A DNA stretch of 64,000 bases from Neocallimastix sp. 'constans' (Eukaryota), in the NCBI GenBank assembly GCA_050613775.1, contig JBODTK010000102.1, forward strand, positions 124,001-188,000. The letters run 5' to 3'. Under the pieces are notes generated by a model that saw only the letters and a list, made by a program, of their open reading frames with translations, made no database searches and had not been told where the DNA came from. Numbering within the stretch: the first letter of the stretch is position 1; each line of letters opens with the position of its first letter. The position numbers and the translations under genes were made by a program. Positions 51,001-61,503 of the stretch are shown piece after piece.

Positions 51001-51833
51001 TAAGATATTATTTTTTTATAAAATAATAATTCCATGATTTTTATACTTTTTATTTTGAATATTAATACAAGTAATTGGTCATTATTTATATTAAAGATAG
51101 ATTAATTAAATTAATCATTATTTTGACAATTATTTACAACTTAGATAAACTAATCAACAATTATTTTTATTTTTATTGTTAATCAACCTAGCTAGTTGAC
51201 AATTATTTTTATTTTATTATCAATTATTCACAACTTAGCTAGTTGACATTTATTTTTTATTTTCATTAATTCTCAACTTAGATAGACTAGTTGACTTTTT
51301 ATTTTATTTTAATATTTTCTTTTTATCTAATAATATATATATGTATTTATATCATTTTTTTATTTTTAGAAAATTAATAATAACTTTGACATATTACAAT
51401 AAGTATTTTATTTTAAATTTTATATCCTTAACATTCTCACAATTGTTCTGTAATATTTTCTTATAGATATTGGTTATTACGTTTTGTTTCTATAATAAAT
51501 TTTATAAAAATAATAAAAATATATTTTTATTAGTTTGATTATAAATGATAAAATGATTTTATATTTTATATATTTCAACTTATCTTTATTGATAGATCAA
51601 CTGAAGAGTTGAAACTCTTAATCTGTGAAAAGTATTAATCTCTTTTTTTTATTATATTAGAATAAAAAATAGTATGTGTACATGATTTTATACTTTTTTA
51701 TGGTATTTATAGTAAACATAATATGTGGCTTTTTGTTACTATTGGTCACATATCTTACACTAATATATTAATTTATATAATATTACTCCTTTAATTAATA
51801 TAACTATAAATCTTTATATTTTTGTTTCTAACA
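48057..51833 (-). mobile_element. Non-autonomous LTR element carrying an arfaptin-like fragment
   Basis: TG..CA LTRs at 48057-48265 and 51624-51833. PPT at 48266-48274, PBS at 51610-51623. No TSD found and no gag/pol motifs seen. Confidence 0.88.
48660..49297 (-). pseudogene. Arfaptin/ICA69-like AH (BAR) domain gene fragment
   Basis: KTVDPKVDTIIDIL; MENFHEWLKTFLDKAIRDAEDSIYNYNNVRTEMD; KKNKYESLYEKVIKNIELLEAK. These resemble AH-domain helices as I recall them. Stops and frameshifts are present. Confidence 0.65.
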
Positions 51834-54062
51834 GAAATAATTAATTCTTTAATGTTGGATAAATTTATTTCTGGAATCGCTCTTTTAATATATTTGCTGC
51901 GGTTATTCCATATTGAAAACTGAAATACATTAATCCATTTTAAATTTTCTGGTAGGCGTCTATTTTATATGCATATTTTAGAACTGTCACTAATTTCCGA
52001 ATCAATTTTTGCTATTTCATTGAATAAATTTCGAAAGTTTGTTATGAATTACGATATGTCCTTATTATTAAATTTTAAAATTTCGATTTTGTTTGTTAAT
52101 TCGATTTTTCTTTGCTCCTTACTTTTGATGAACGATTCTTTTAGGAGCTTCCAGATTTCGTAGGCTGACTTTTCGTTTCCATCAATAATTGACTGAGTTT
52201 GTTCATCAAGGCTATTAATTATAATCCATTATGTCGTAATATCATTATCAATGTCGTTTATGGTGGTATTTTTTTCATATACGAAAGTATCATTGAATTT
52301 GTCTTCGATGTACTCATTAGTATTTCCTTTTATATCTTTCTTTTTTAATTTTTTAATAACAGAATAAGTATGTATTTAGTGAGTTTATTTATATTTAAAA
52401 GATATAACATATTCCTCCTCCATGTTATATAATTTTCTCTATTTAATTCGGTAACTCTATTAAAGTTTTCCGAATAATTAAAAATGATTGTATTCCGAAT
52501 ATTATTATTATTGTGATGATTGGTTGTGGTTGAGATTGAGATTGATTTTGGATTTGGATTTGATTTTGAGTTGAATTTTGACATAGATTATGAGAGTTTC
52601 TTCTTTTCATTTTGAAATAATTTAAATTTTATTGTTAAATATTTAATTTGGTTAAATTTTTTATTATTTGAGTATAAAGTAAATAATTTGGTTATTATAA
52701 GAATAAAGTGAGGAATTTTTTTTTTATTTATAGTAATTTTTAATATAAAATTATATTATTATTTAATAAGTTATTATATTTATGTTCATGGTTTATATTA
52801 AAAGTAAATTAGTTTTTATAGTGTGATTAAATTTAATAATTTATTTATAAACAACATAAATATTATTACTATTATTAGTATTATTAATTTCATTTATAAT
52901 TAATTTATATAAATTAATTACTTATAGTTTTATTGGTTTCTATTTTAGTGTATCAATTTTGGTTTAAATAACTTGTTTAAATGATTATTATTGACTTTCA
53001 TTAATATTGTTCTTTTATTTAGTATGACTCACTTTTATAAATATAATTTTATATTAAAATGTTATTTATTTTTATTGTTTAAATCAAAAGATAATTTTTT
53101 ACAGTTTAAACTACTGGTAATATATATATTTTATTATTTCAACTTAAATAAAACATTGGATGACATTGGTTTATATTATTTTATTTATTAATATATTGTC
53201 AGTTGACATTAATTTTAATTGTTTTCAACTTTATTATATATTTGAAATTATAATTTATATTAATTTTATTTTTAATGTAATCAGTTGATTTAAATTTATA
53301 TTATATTTTGATTTAATATCTATGAATATCAGATGACATGAGTTTTGAAATTTTTCATCTTAATTTAAATTTATACGTAATTTATATTTAGATATATGTG
53401 ATGAATGCTTCAATAATTTCATCTAGATATATTTTCTTTTCTCTTTTTTTAATAATTTATTAACATTTTATTATTTTTCAACTTGACTATATTAATTTAT
53501 TATTAGTGGATTTTTAGTTATTTATTTTCATCTCAATATTTATATATTAATTGACATAGTATTTATTATATTAATTAAATTTAATTAAATAGTTATTTAT
53601 ATTTATTTAATAACATTCCCCATTGATCTCCTTACTAACCAAATTATTTTGTACTTTTGTGTAGTTACATGAGTTTTTATTTGGTGTTTCTTTATTTAAT
53701 TATATATATAGTAATATATATTAAAAGGTAAAATAAAAAATTAGTATTTTTATATAAATTTTAATAAATATTTATAATATATGTTATATTTAATCTTAGA
53801 TTTTATTTATGTTCAACTGGAGAGTTGAGACTCTTAATCTTTTAAAATATAAAAATGGAAAAGTATTTAATTTTAGTAATATTTTATTTTATTTTAGTTA
53901 TGTTCATACTTGATATTATTTATTCAGTAAAATTTACATCCTTTTATACTTTTCTTTAATATATAATATTATTAACATATTCATTATAACTATTTATTTA
54001 ATTTATATTTAATATAAATAATGTCATTTGTATATTAAAAAGTCTATTTCTTTATTTTAACA
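51834..54062 (-). mobile_element. Truncated Copia-2-related element: 5' LTR (53840-54062), PBS (53826-53839), leader and gag pseudogene (51834-52584)
   Basis: IIFNYSENFNRVTELNRENYITWRRNMLYLL aligns with Copia-2 Gag (ITFNYSENFNRVIELSTENYPSWRTNILYLL). It is cut at the LTR ending 51833. Confidence 0.85.
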
Positions 54063-54684
54063 GTTAATTTGAAAAATAATTATTTTTTCAAATATGATTT
54101 AAAAATCAAACATTATAAATTTTTAAATAAAAAATTAAATATTATATAATATTTTTTATTTAAGTTTTCTATTTTATTTAAAAATAAATAATATACATTT
54201 TAAAGAGTTTCTATTAAATTTAATAATTTTTAAAAATATATTGATTTAATAAATAAATAAATAATTAATCTCTTGTAAAACACAAAAAAAAATAAAATAA
54301 TAAAAAATTATATATATTAATTTTTTTTAATTATTTTTAATAGTATCTAAGTATTTTTATGGAATTTATAATTAATTAATCAATATCAATTAAATAATTG
54401 ATAAATTTTTAAAGTAGTTTCATTTATTTCTATTTGAAGATGTTTGTAATATATGAAAATTTAACCTGTTATAACTCAAATATTAAATGTTATTTTTTTT
54501 TATAAATTAAATTATTTATTAAAAATTTTCATTTTAAATTAATTACATCAAATGTTAAACAAAATTATTAAATTTTATAAATATATATATATTTAAAGAT
54601 TATTATTTTTTTATTTTGTTAAATCTAAGTTATAGTTTAAATAAATTTATAATAAATAAATTTTACATAAGTAATTTTTGTTCA

Positions 54685-55461
54685 ATGTCACTATTAAAAT
54701 TTTTATTACTATTATTTATATATATAAATAATTTATTTTTAATAGAATGTTCATTACCAATTAAAATATCTGTTATTATACCTGTTTATAATACCGAACC
54801 TTACCTAAGAAGATCTATACAATCTGTGCTTGATCAGACATTAAAAGAAATAGAAATAATATGTATTGATGATGGTTCTACAGATAATTCATTAAATATT
54901 TTAAATGAATTCAAAAAAATAGATAATAGGATTACAGTAATACATTTTAAAGAAAACAAAGGACCATCCATTTGTAGAAATACTGGTATTAATATTGCCA
55001 ATGGTGAATTTGTTGGTTTTACTGATAGTGATGATTATGTTGATAAACGATACTTTGAAAACTTATATAAATACAGTAAAGATAATGATATTGTAATAGG
55101 TACTTTTGTAAGAAGTACAAATGATACTGAAGATTATATTCTTCATAAAAAAATAAAGAAAATACAAGGATATGTATGGAATAGTATTTTTAGGAGAAAA
55201 TTTTTAGATATCAACAATCTAAGATTTCCAACAAATATAAGATTTAAAGAAGATGAAATATTTAGAATTGAATGTTACAAACATGATCCTAAATTATTTG
55301 AAACTCCAGATGAAGGAATATATTATTATTATAAACAACGAGAAGGAACATTATGTAATTATAAAGAACGATATATGAAAAATTTATCAAAAAAAATTTA
55401 TAAACAATCTAAAAGAAATGAAAAAGCAAGAAAAAGAAAAACATTAAATGAAAATCAATAA
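54685..55461 (+). CDS. Glycosyltransferase family 2 protein, bacterial-type, with hydrophobic N-terminal signal/anchor
   Basis: ISVIIPVYNTEPYL..IDDGSTDNS..RNTGI..FTDSDD (DxD). Intronless; first ATG at 54685. Confidence 0.93.
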   Translation: MSLLKFLLLLFIYINNLFLIECSLPIKISVIIPVYNTEPYLRRSIQSVLDQTLKEIEIICIDDGSTDNSLNILNEFKKIDNRITVIHFKENKGPSICRNTGINIANGEFVGFTDSDDYVDKRYFENLYKYSKDNDIVIGTFVRSTNDTEDYILHKKIKKIQGYVWNSIFRRKFLDINNLRFPTNIRFKEDEIFRIECYKHDPKLFETPDEGIYYYYKQREGTLCNYKERYMKNLSKKIYKQSKRNEKARKRKTLNENQ

Positions 55462-56099
55462 ATTATTAAATTTTTAAAATTATATATGTATACTTTTATA
55501 AATTTTTATTCATAATTAAATAATTTATATAATTATAAAATAAAATTTTAATTTTATTATTTAAATACAGTGATAATATAATTTAATTTATTATGCATAT
55601 TATAAATAATTTTAAAATAAAATAGATTTATTTATAAATTGTTTTTTTAATATATAATAAATGAAACGTTTTAATGTAATGAAAAAAAAAAATTTTTTTT
55701 TTAAATTATTTATTAAAATTAAAATGTAATAGAGGAAATTATTTTATAATTAATTTACTTAAACGTTAAAATTTTTAAGTTTGCACTATAGAAATTATTC
55801 CAATAGTATTGTGTTTTAGTATAGGTGCAATTGTTTTTTTTGTAATCGATACAGTATTCTTAACCTTTTATTACTAGTTTTTACTTTTCATCATTATTAT
55901 AATTGAAAACCAGTAAGGATAAAATTATACTAGATTTTGGTAGCATTATTCTAACATTTATAAAGAAATTTAGATTTTCAATATTGTTAAGCTTTATTTT
56001 TACTTAATTTTTATTTTTATTATATATTTTATATGCATTTTATAATTATAAGATTCATTAAGAGTATTATTTAGTTTTATGCTTATTCATCTTAATTTT

Positions 56100-56470
56100 A
56101 AATATATTAAAAATATTCATATACCTTAAAGAAACAATAAAATATTGTTTGAATTTTTCCAGAGAGCAAGAAAAAAAAGTTTTCATTGATGCTGATTATG
56201 AATAGAACCTGAAAAAAAGAAAACGTCCTAAATCATTTTTAATAACTGAATAAAATACTACAATTAATTGGTGTTCAAAGGTCTAACATTGTATTTCCAT
56301 TTCTATAGCTGAGTCTGAACTATAACCTTAATTAATAATAAAAACATTTATCTAAATTTACATAACGAATTTCATTATAAAATTTTTAAAATAATATTTA
56401 TAATAAATCTACAATTTTATGTACGAAAAAACAATCAATTAATCATTAATCTAAGAATATGGATTAAGTA
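56100..56470 (+). pseudogene. Copia RNase H remnant
   Basis: VFIDADY, INWCSK, ISIAESE and QSINH*SKNMD in broken frames. Confidence 0.65.
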
Positions 56471-56549
56471 TACTTTTAATATTCAGATATTTTTTTTTTT
56501 GATATAAATATAAATAAATTAAAAATAAATAAATACTAAATTAATCTTT

Positions 56550-56724
56550 ATAAATGTGTATAATAACATATATTTTAATTAGTAATGAACATTTTAGTAA
56601 AAATAAACTATTTATATATATATAATAGTAATAAAACTTTTAATAGTGACGTGACATTGAACAAAAATAATAAATATAAAAATTTTTTTTATAAAATTTT
56701 TATATTTATTATTTTTGTTCAATG
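56550..56724 (-). pseudogene. Inverted partial copy of the 5' end of the GT2 gene at 54685, ending in a 32-bp-arm palindrome
   Basis: The reverse complement of 56550-56668 aligns to about 54673-54790. Perfect arms at 56655-56686 and 56693-56724. Confidence 0.85.
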
Positions 56725-57515
56725 ACGCTATAATTTAAATATAGCGAAATAAAAATATAATGAGGTTTATATTTTTATATAATTATATAATTCTATAAAT
56801 TTGATTAAAGTTAGATATAATTGTATTAAATTGTATTAATTTTTTTTAAATAATTATTATAAATATTTAAATTTTAAAAAAAATAAATTATAAATTCTGA
56901 GTTGCATTGGCTTAAATTTTTATACATTACAAACTTCAAAATAGAAATATACCGTACTACTTTTAATATTATATTTTTTTTAAAAACAAATTATCAGTAT
57001 TGATGCTTCAACTAACTCTAAAAAAATTGTCAATTTCAAGGGAATAATTGAAATAAAATTAAAAACAATACTAAATTAAAAAGAAAACACGCTTCATAAC
57101 AATAATATTAATTATAAAAAAATATATTTAATGAAATAACTAAAAAAAAATTTTAAATTATTAAAATTTTATCTATTTTGAATATTTATTATAAAAAACT
57201 ATAATTTTAAAATTATAAAAAATATAATTTATTTTTATTTAAATATTGAAAAAATAAATTTTATATTAAAATTTTAATGAATAAAAATTTATAAATTTAT
57301 AATTTTTTAACTGGTAATATTGAAAATATTTAAAAAGCTAAAATATTTATATTCTACTTTTATAAGTCATTTATCTATTTTAAAAATATTATTGAAATAT
57401 TTTTCTTTTAATCACATATTATTTATTAATTTTTTATTTAAAAATATTAATATAAAAAATTAAATAATATCAAGTTTATTTTTTTTTTTTATATTTATTT
57501 TTTCAAGATTTAAAA

Positions 57516-58301
57516 TTAGAGTTCGTTCTTATTAATTATCCTTTCATCTTTTTTATTTTTTCTAGCATTCTTTTTTTTCTTTTTGAATTCCTCATAGGCA
57601 TCTCTATTATACCTTTTTAGTTGTTTTTTAGAGAAGTTTGAAAGTGAACCGGTTCTCCTCTTATAATAATAATAAATTCCAACATCTGGTAACTTTAAAA
57701 TCCTCGGTTGATATTCATAAGCTTCCATTCTAAATTTTCTATCACTTCCTCTTTTCATTGTTTCATCATATCTAATATGGTATTTATTTAAAAAATCTTT
57801 TCTCCAAATTGAATCAAAAATTGAAGCAGGTAATTCCATTTTTAATTCTTTATAATATTTTGAAGTGTTTGTACCTCCTAAGAATTTTCCCACAACTATA
57901 TCATAATCTGTTGAATTTGCTATTAAATTTTCATAAAACCTTTTATCAATAAAATCATCGCTATCAATAAATCCAATAAAATCACCTTCAGCTATGTCCA
58001 TTCCAGCATTTCTTGCAGTACTAACACCTTTATTAATATTAAATTGAATGAGTTTAATTCTATTATCTGTTTTCCTATAATTTTCTAATATTTGCAAGGA
58101 ATTATCTGTTGATGCGTCATCGATAAATATTAATTCATAATCTTTGAAAGTTTGATTCAAAATAGAATTAATACAACGATCTAAATAAGGACCTGTATTA
58201 AATACTGGTACTACAATCGATAAAGGTAACGCATCAATGTTCAATATAAATAATTCATAATATATAGTAATATTTATTAATAATTCATAAATAAATTTCA
58301 T
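57516..58301 (-). CDS. Glycosyltransferase family 2 protein, paralog of 54685-55461
   Basis: LSIVVPVFNTGPYL..IDDASTDNS..ARNAGM..FIDSDD; shared GIYYYYK motif. Intronless, hydrophobic N-terminus, ends KNEL. Confidence 0.94.
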   Translation of the reverse strand: MKFIYELLINITIYYELFILNIDALPLSIVVPVFNTGPYLDRCINSILNQTFKDYELIFIDDASTDNSLQILENYRKTDNRIKLIQFNINKGVSTARNAGMDIAEGDFIGFIDSDDFIDKRFYENLIANSTDYDIVVGKFLGGTNTSKYYKELKMELPASIFDSIWRKDFLNKYHIRYDETMKRGSDRKFRMEAYEYQPRILKLPDVGIYYYYKRRTGSLSNFSKKQLKRYNRDAYEEFKKKKKNARKNKKDERIINKNEL

Positions 58302-59670
58302 TTTTCTATTATATTAATAGATTACTAAGAAGAAAATTTTATTCAAATTTATATTAATTTATACTTTTTTATCTATATTTACTAATATTATATAATTTAG
58401 TTTATAAATTTCTTTTTTCTCCGTAAATAACTAATATATTTAATTAAATTATAAAAGTATACAAAAAAACCTCAATTAAAAAATAAACATCAAATATTTA
58501 TATATAGTATATATAAATATAAATTGTTACATATAAATTTAAATTTTAAAATAGTTAATAATATTTATTTAAGTAATACTAATTATTTAAAATATTAAAT
58601 TATTATATATAATATTTAATAAAATGATAATAATTTTTTTTATTTTGTTTAAATAATTATAACTATTTCAAATAATTTTAATCATATATCAGATTTTCAT
58701 TTATTGATTATATCTTTTTAAATAACTAAAAAATTACTAAAATAATTTTAAATTTCGTTTTTTCATTTCTTTTAATAGTTGACAAATTGAAAATATAAAT
58801 TTCTATTTATTTTTAATTTTTTTGATATGTTAATGTTTAATTTATTTATAAATAAATAATTTAACTATAAACTTTTATTTTAAATCTTTTAATTGATAAA
58901 AATTTAAATAATATTTTACTTAAATTTTTAAATAAATTATAAATATATAATTAGCTAAATTTAAAAAATTTATTAATTTTAAATATTATTAATATTTAAT
59001 ATATATGTATTTTTTTTAAAGTTAATAATAATAAATATTTATTCTGAGTTTATATTTTTTTATATTATTTTTGTTTAAATAATTTTTTTAAAAATTAATC
59101 CATTTTTTAATAATGAAAATAAACAATTTAATAAATTTTTAATTTTAAAAAGTAAAATAAAAATATATTTATTATTTTAATACTTTATAAAATGAAATAA
59201 AGTAATAATATAGTTATATCTATATTATTAAATTTTAATATTATAAATAAGTTTATTATATTTTTATATATTTATTATAATTAGTTTAAATGATATAATT
59301 TAATTAAATATTTTTATGATAAAAGATTTTATGAGTTTATACAAAAAAATACTAAGTCGGAGAATAATTTAATTTAATTTACTAAATAATTTGTTTTTAT
59401 TTATTCTAAAATTAAATTTTGATAAATTTTGGTTATTCTTGTTTTAAAATAAGAATAATAAAAATGAAATAAATAAAAATTATTTTTTTAATTTTTTTCT
59501 AATATTAATATGTCATTAATTAATTATAGATACCTTTAACAAAAATTATAAAATTATTTTATTATTAAACTTTTATATATTATAAATAAAAATTTATTTT
59601 TAATATTATATTTAATTTATATAAATAATTATAAGATATATATAATATTTGTGAATTCTTTTAATAATAA

Positions 59671-61503
59671 ATGATGAAAATAATTAAATTTAGTTTATTT
59701 GTTATGTTTTGTACTATTTATAAAATAGGAAAATCCGAAATAATAAATAAAAATATTAAAGATTTTTGTTTTTTAAATAATACTATATTTTCTTATTTAG
59801 AACCTTTTGATATTTCTAAAAATATTTCTCTTTCGTCATACACTCACAAAGAATACACAAATCAAAATGAAAAAGAATTTTTTTTTGAAAAAGGTAAAAA
59901 TAATTTAAAATTAATTCATCATAAATATTTTCAAAAACCACTAAAAACAATTAGTATAAATAAAGAAAAAAACAATGAATCAATTATTATTTCAATGTCA
60001 AGTAATAAAGAAAAAATTGATTCGATATATATATCAATTGAAAATTTAATGAATCAAACGTTAAATGCAACTTATATTATACTTACATTATCTAGTGATG
60101 AATTTCCTAAAAAAGAAGAAGAATTACCCAATTCCCTTATTGAATTAACTAAATTTCACTTAAATTTCAAAATAAAATGGATAAAAAATAATATTAATGA
60201 CTATAAACGAATAACGGTGTTGGATGATTATCCTGAAGATATTATTATAATAGTTAATGAAGAAATAAAATATCCCAATTGGTTTATAAATGAATTATAT
60301 AATGAATATATACAATATGGTAGGCAGTGTGCAATAAAATATTCAATTTCAAAAGAAAATGATTATTCAATTGATATTGATGCGTTATTATTAAAGAAAG
60401 AATTTATTGGACAATATTATGAAGAATTCATAAAAGAAATTATAGGTTTATATCCTTCAAATCAATATATTTCATATTTATCTTATGTTTTTGCTATATA
60501 TCTTAATGGATATAGAATACATAGAAATCATAAATTAGAAATGTTACCTCTTAATTTTTTCAATAATACAAATAATTCAATGATAAACATTGAATTTTCA
60601 AATAAATTAAATAAGTTTAATAAATCATTTGAAAATTTAAAAAAATACCTCTACAAACGATATAAAATTTCATATTTCGAAATATTAGATGCCCCTGTTA
60701 TTGTCACAATGACAACATACCCAGCACGTGAAAAAAGTATTGTTATAATGTTAGAACATTTTAAAAAACAAACCTTGAAACCTGATTTAATTACTGTATG
60801 GCTCTCTGAAACTGAGTATCCAAAAGATATTACACCAGTTCATCTGAAACCATTCGTAGAAGAAGGTTACATTGAGCTTCATTGGATTCCTACAAATACT
60901 AATATATATAAAAGACATGAAATAATAAAATTATATAATAATGCATATGTAATAACAGCAGACGATGATATTTATTATCCAGAAACATATATAGAAGAAA
61001 TGTATACAAACATGGTTTTAACAAATAAAATATGTGTTTATAATTCACATTATGATTATTTTAAAAAATATAAATTAGAAATAAAGAATAATGGAAAAAA
61101 TGATTCATTATATGTTCATATTTATGGAGGTCTTATGGGATTTCCTCCATTTTCATTTCCATTACAATTATTTGATGAAAGACATATAAAAGTAAAGGAT
61201 AAATATTATAAAACAAATGATGAGGTTTGGCTATTATCAGGATTACTTGAAAATAATGATAAAATTCATTCTCTTAATAGTATAAATTTTAATATTGAAA
61301 AATATAACATAGAAAATTCCCAAAATACTGGTTTATATAAAATAAATATAAAACATCATGTTACTGAATATATGATTGCAAGAATGATTTTAGAATTTAA
61401 TTTAGTTGAAAAATTTAGAAAATTGCATCCAAAATTTAACGTTTATAGTAATATTAAATATCAAAAAAAACTTGATAAATTTAGATTTAAAAAAAAAAAT
61501 TAA
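59671..61503 (+). CDS. Putative glycosyltransferase with two tandem GT-A-like domains and an N-terminal signal/anchor (610 aa)
   Basis: Repeat 1: IIISMSSNKEKI..NQTLNATYIILTLSSDEFP..IIIVNEEIKYP. Repeat 2: VIVTMTTYPARE..KQTLKPDLITVWLSETEYP..VITADDDIYYP..NDEVW. Intronless. Confidence 0.8.
   Translation: MMKIIKFSLFVMFCTIYKIGKSEIINKNIKDFCFLNNTIFSYLEPFDISKNISLSSYTHKEYTNQNEKEFFFEKGKNNLKLIHHKYFQKPLKTISINKEKNNESIIISMSSNKEKIDSIYISIENLMNQTLNATYIILTLSSDEFPKKEEELPNSLIELTKFHLNFKIKWIKNNINDYKRITVLDDYPEDIIIIVNEEIKYPNWFINELYNEYIQYGRQCAIKYSISKENDYSIDIDALLLKKEFIGQYYEEFIKEIIGLYPSNQYISYLSYVFAIYLNGYRIHRNHKLEMLPLNFFNNTNNSMINIEFSNKLNKFNKSFENLKKYLYKRYKISYFEILDAPVIVTMTTYPAREKSIVIMLEHFKKQTLKPDLITVWLSETEYPKDITPVHLKPFVEEGYIELHWIPTNTNIYKRHEIIKLYNNAYVITADDDIYYPETYIEEMYTNMVLTNKICVYNSHYDYFKKYKLEIKNNGKNDSLYVHIYGGLMGFPPFSFPLQLFDERHIKVKDKYYKTNDEVWLLSGLLENNDKIHSLNSINFNIEKYNIENSQNTGLYKINIKHHVTEYMIARMILEFNLVEKFRKLHPKFNVYSNIKYQKKLDKFRFKKKN

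Noticed and set aside
37664..53839. tRNA-Lys genes or pseudogenes at the TGAGACTCTTAATC sites
   Set aside because: Similarity stops at nt 40 exactly at LTR edges, with no T-arm or acceptor stem, so they are better explained as PBSs.
54685..61503. Bacterial contamination or chimeric contig
   Set aside because: The genes share the host's AT-rich composition and kb-scale AT-rich spacers, a copia remnant lies between them, and the neighbouring gene has an intron donor.
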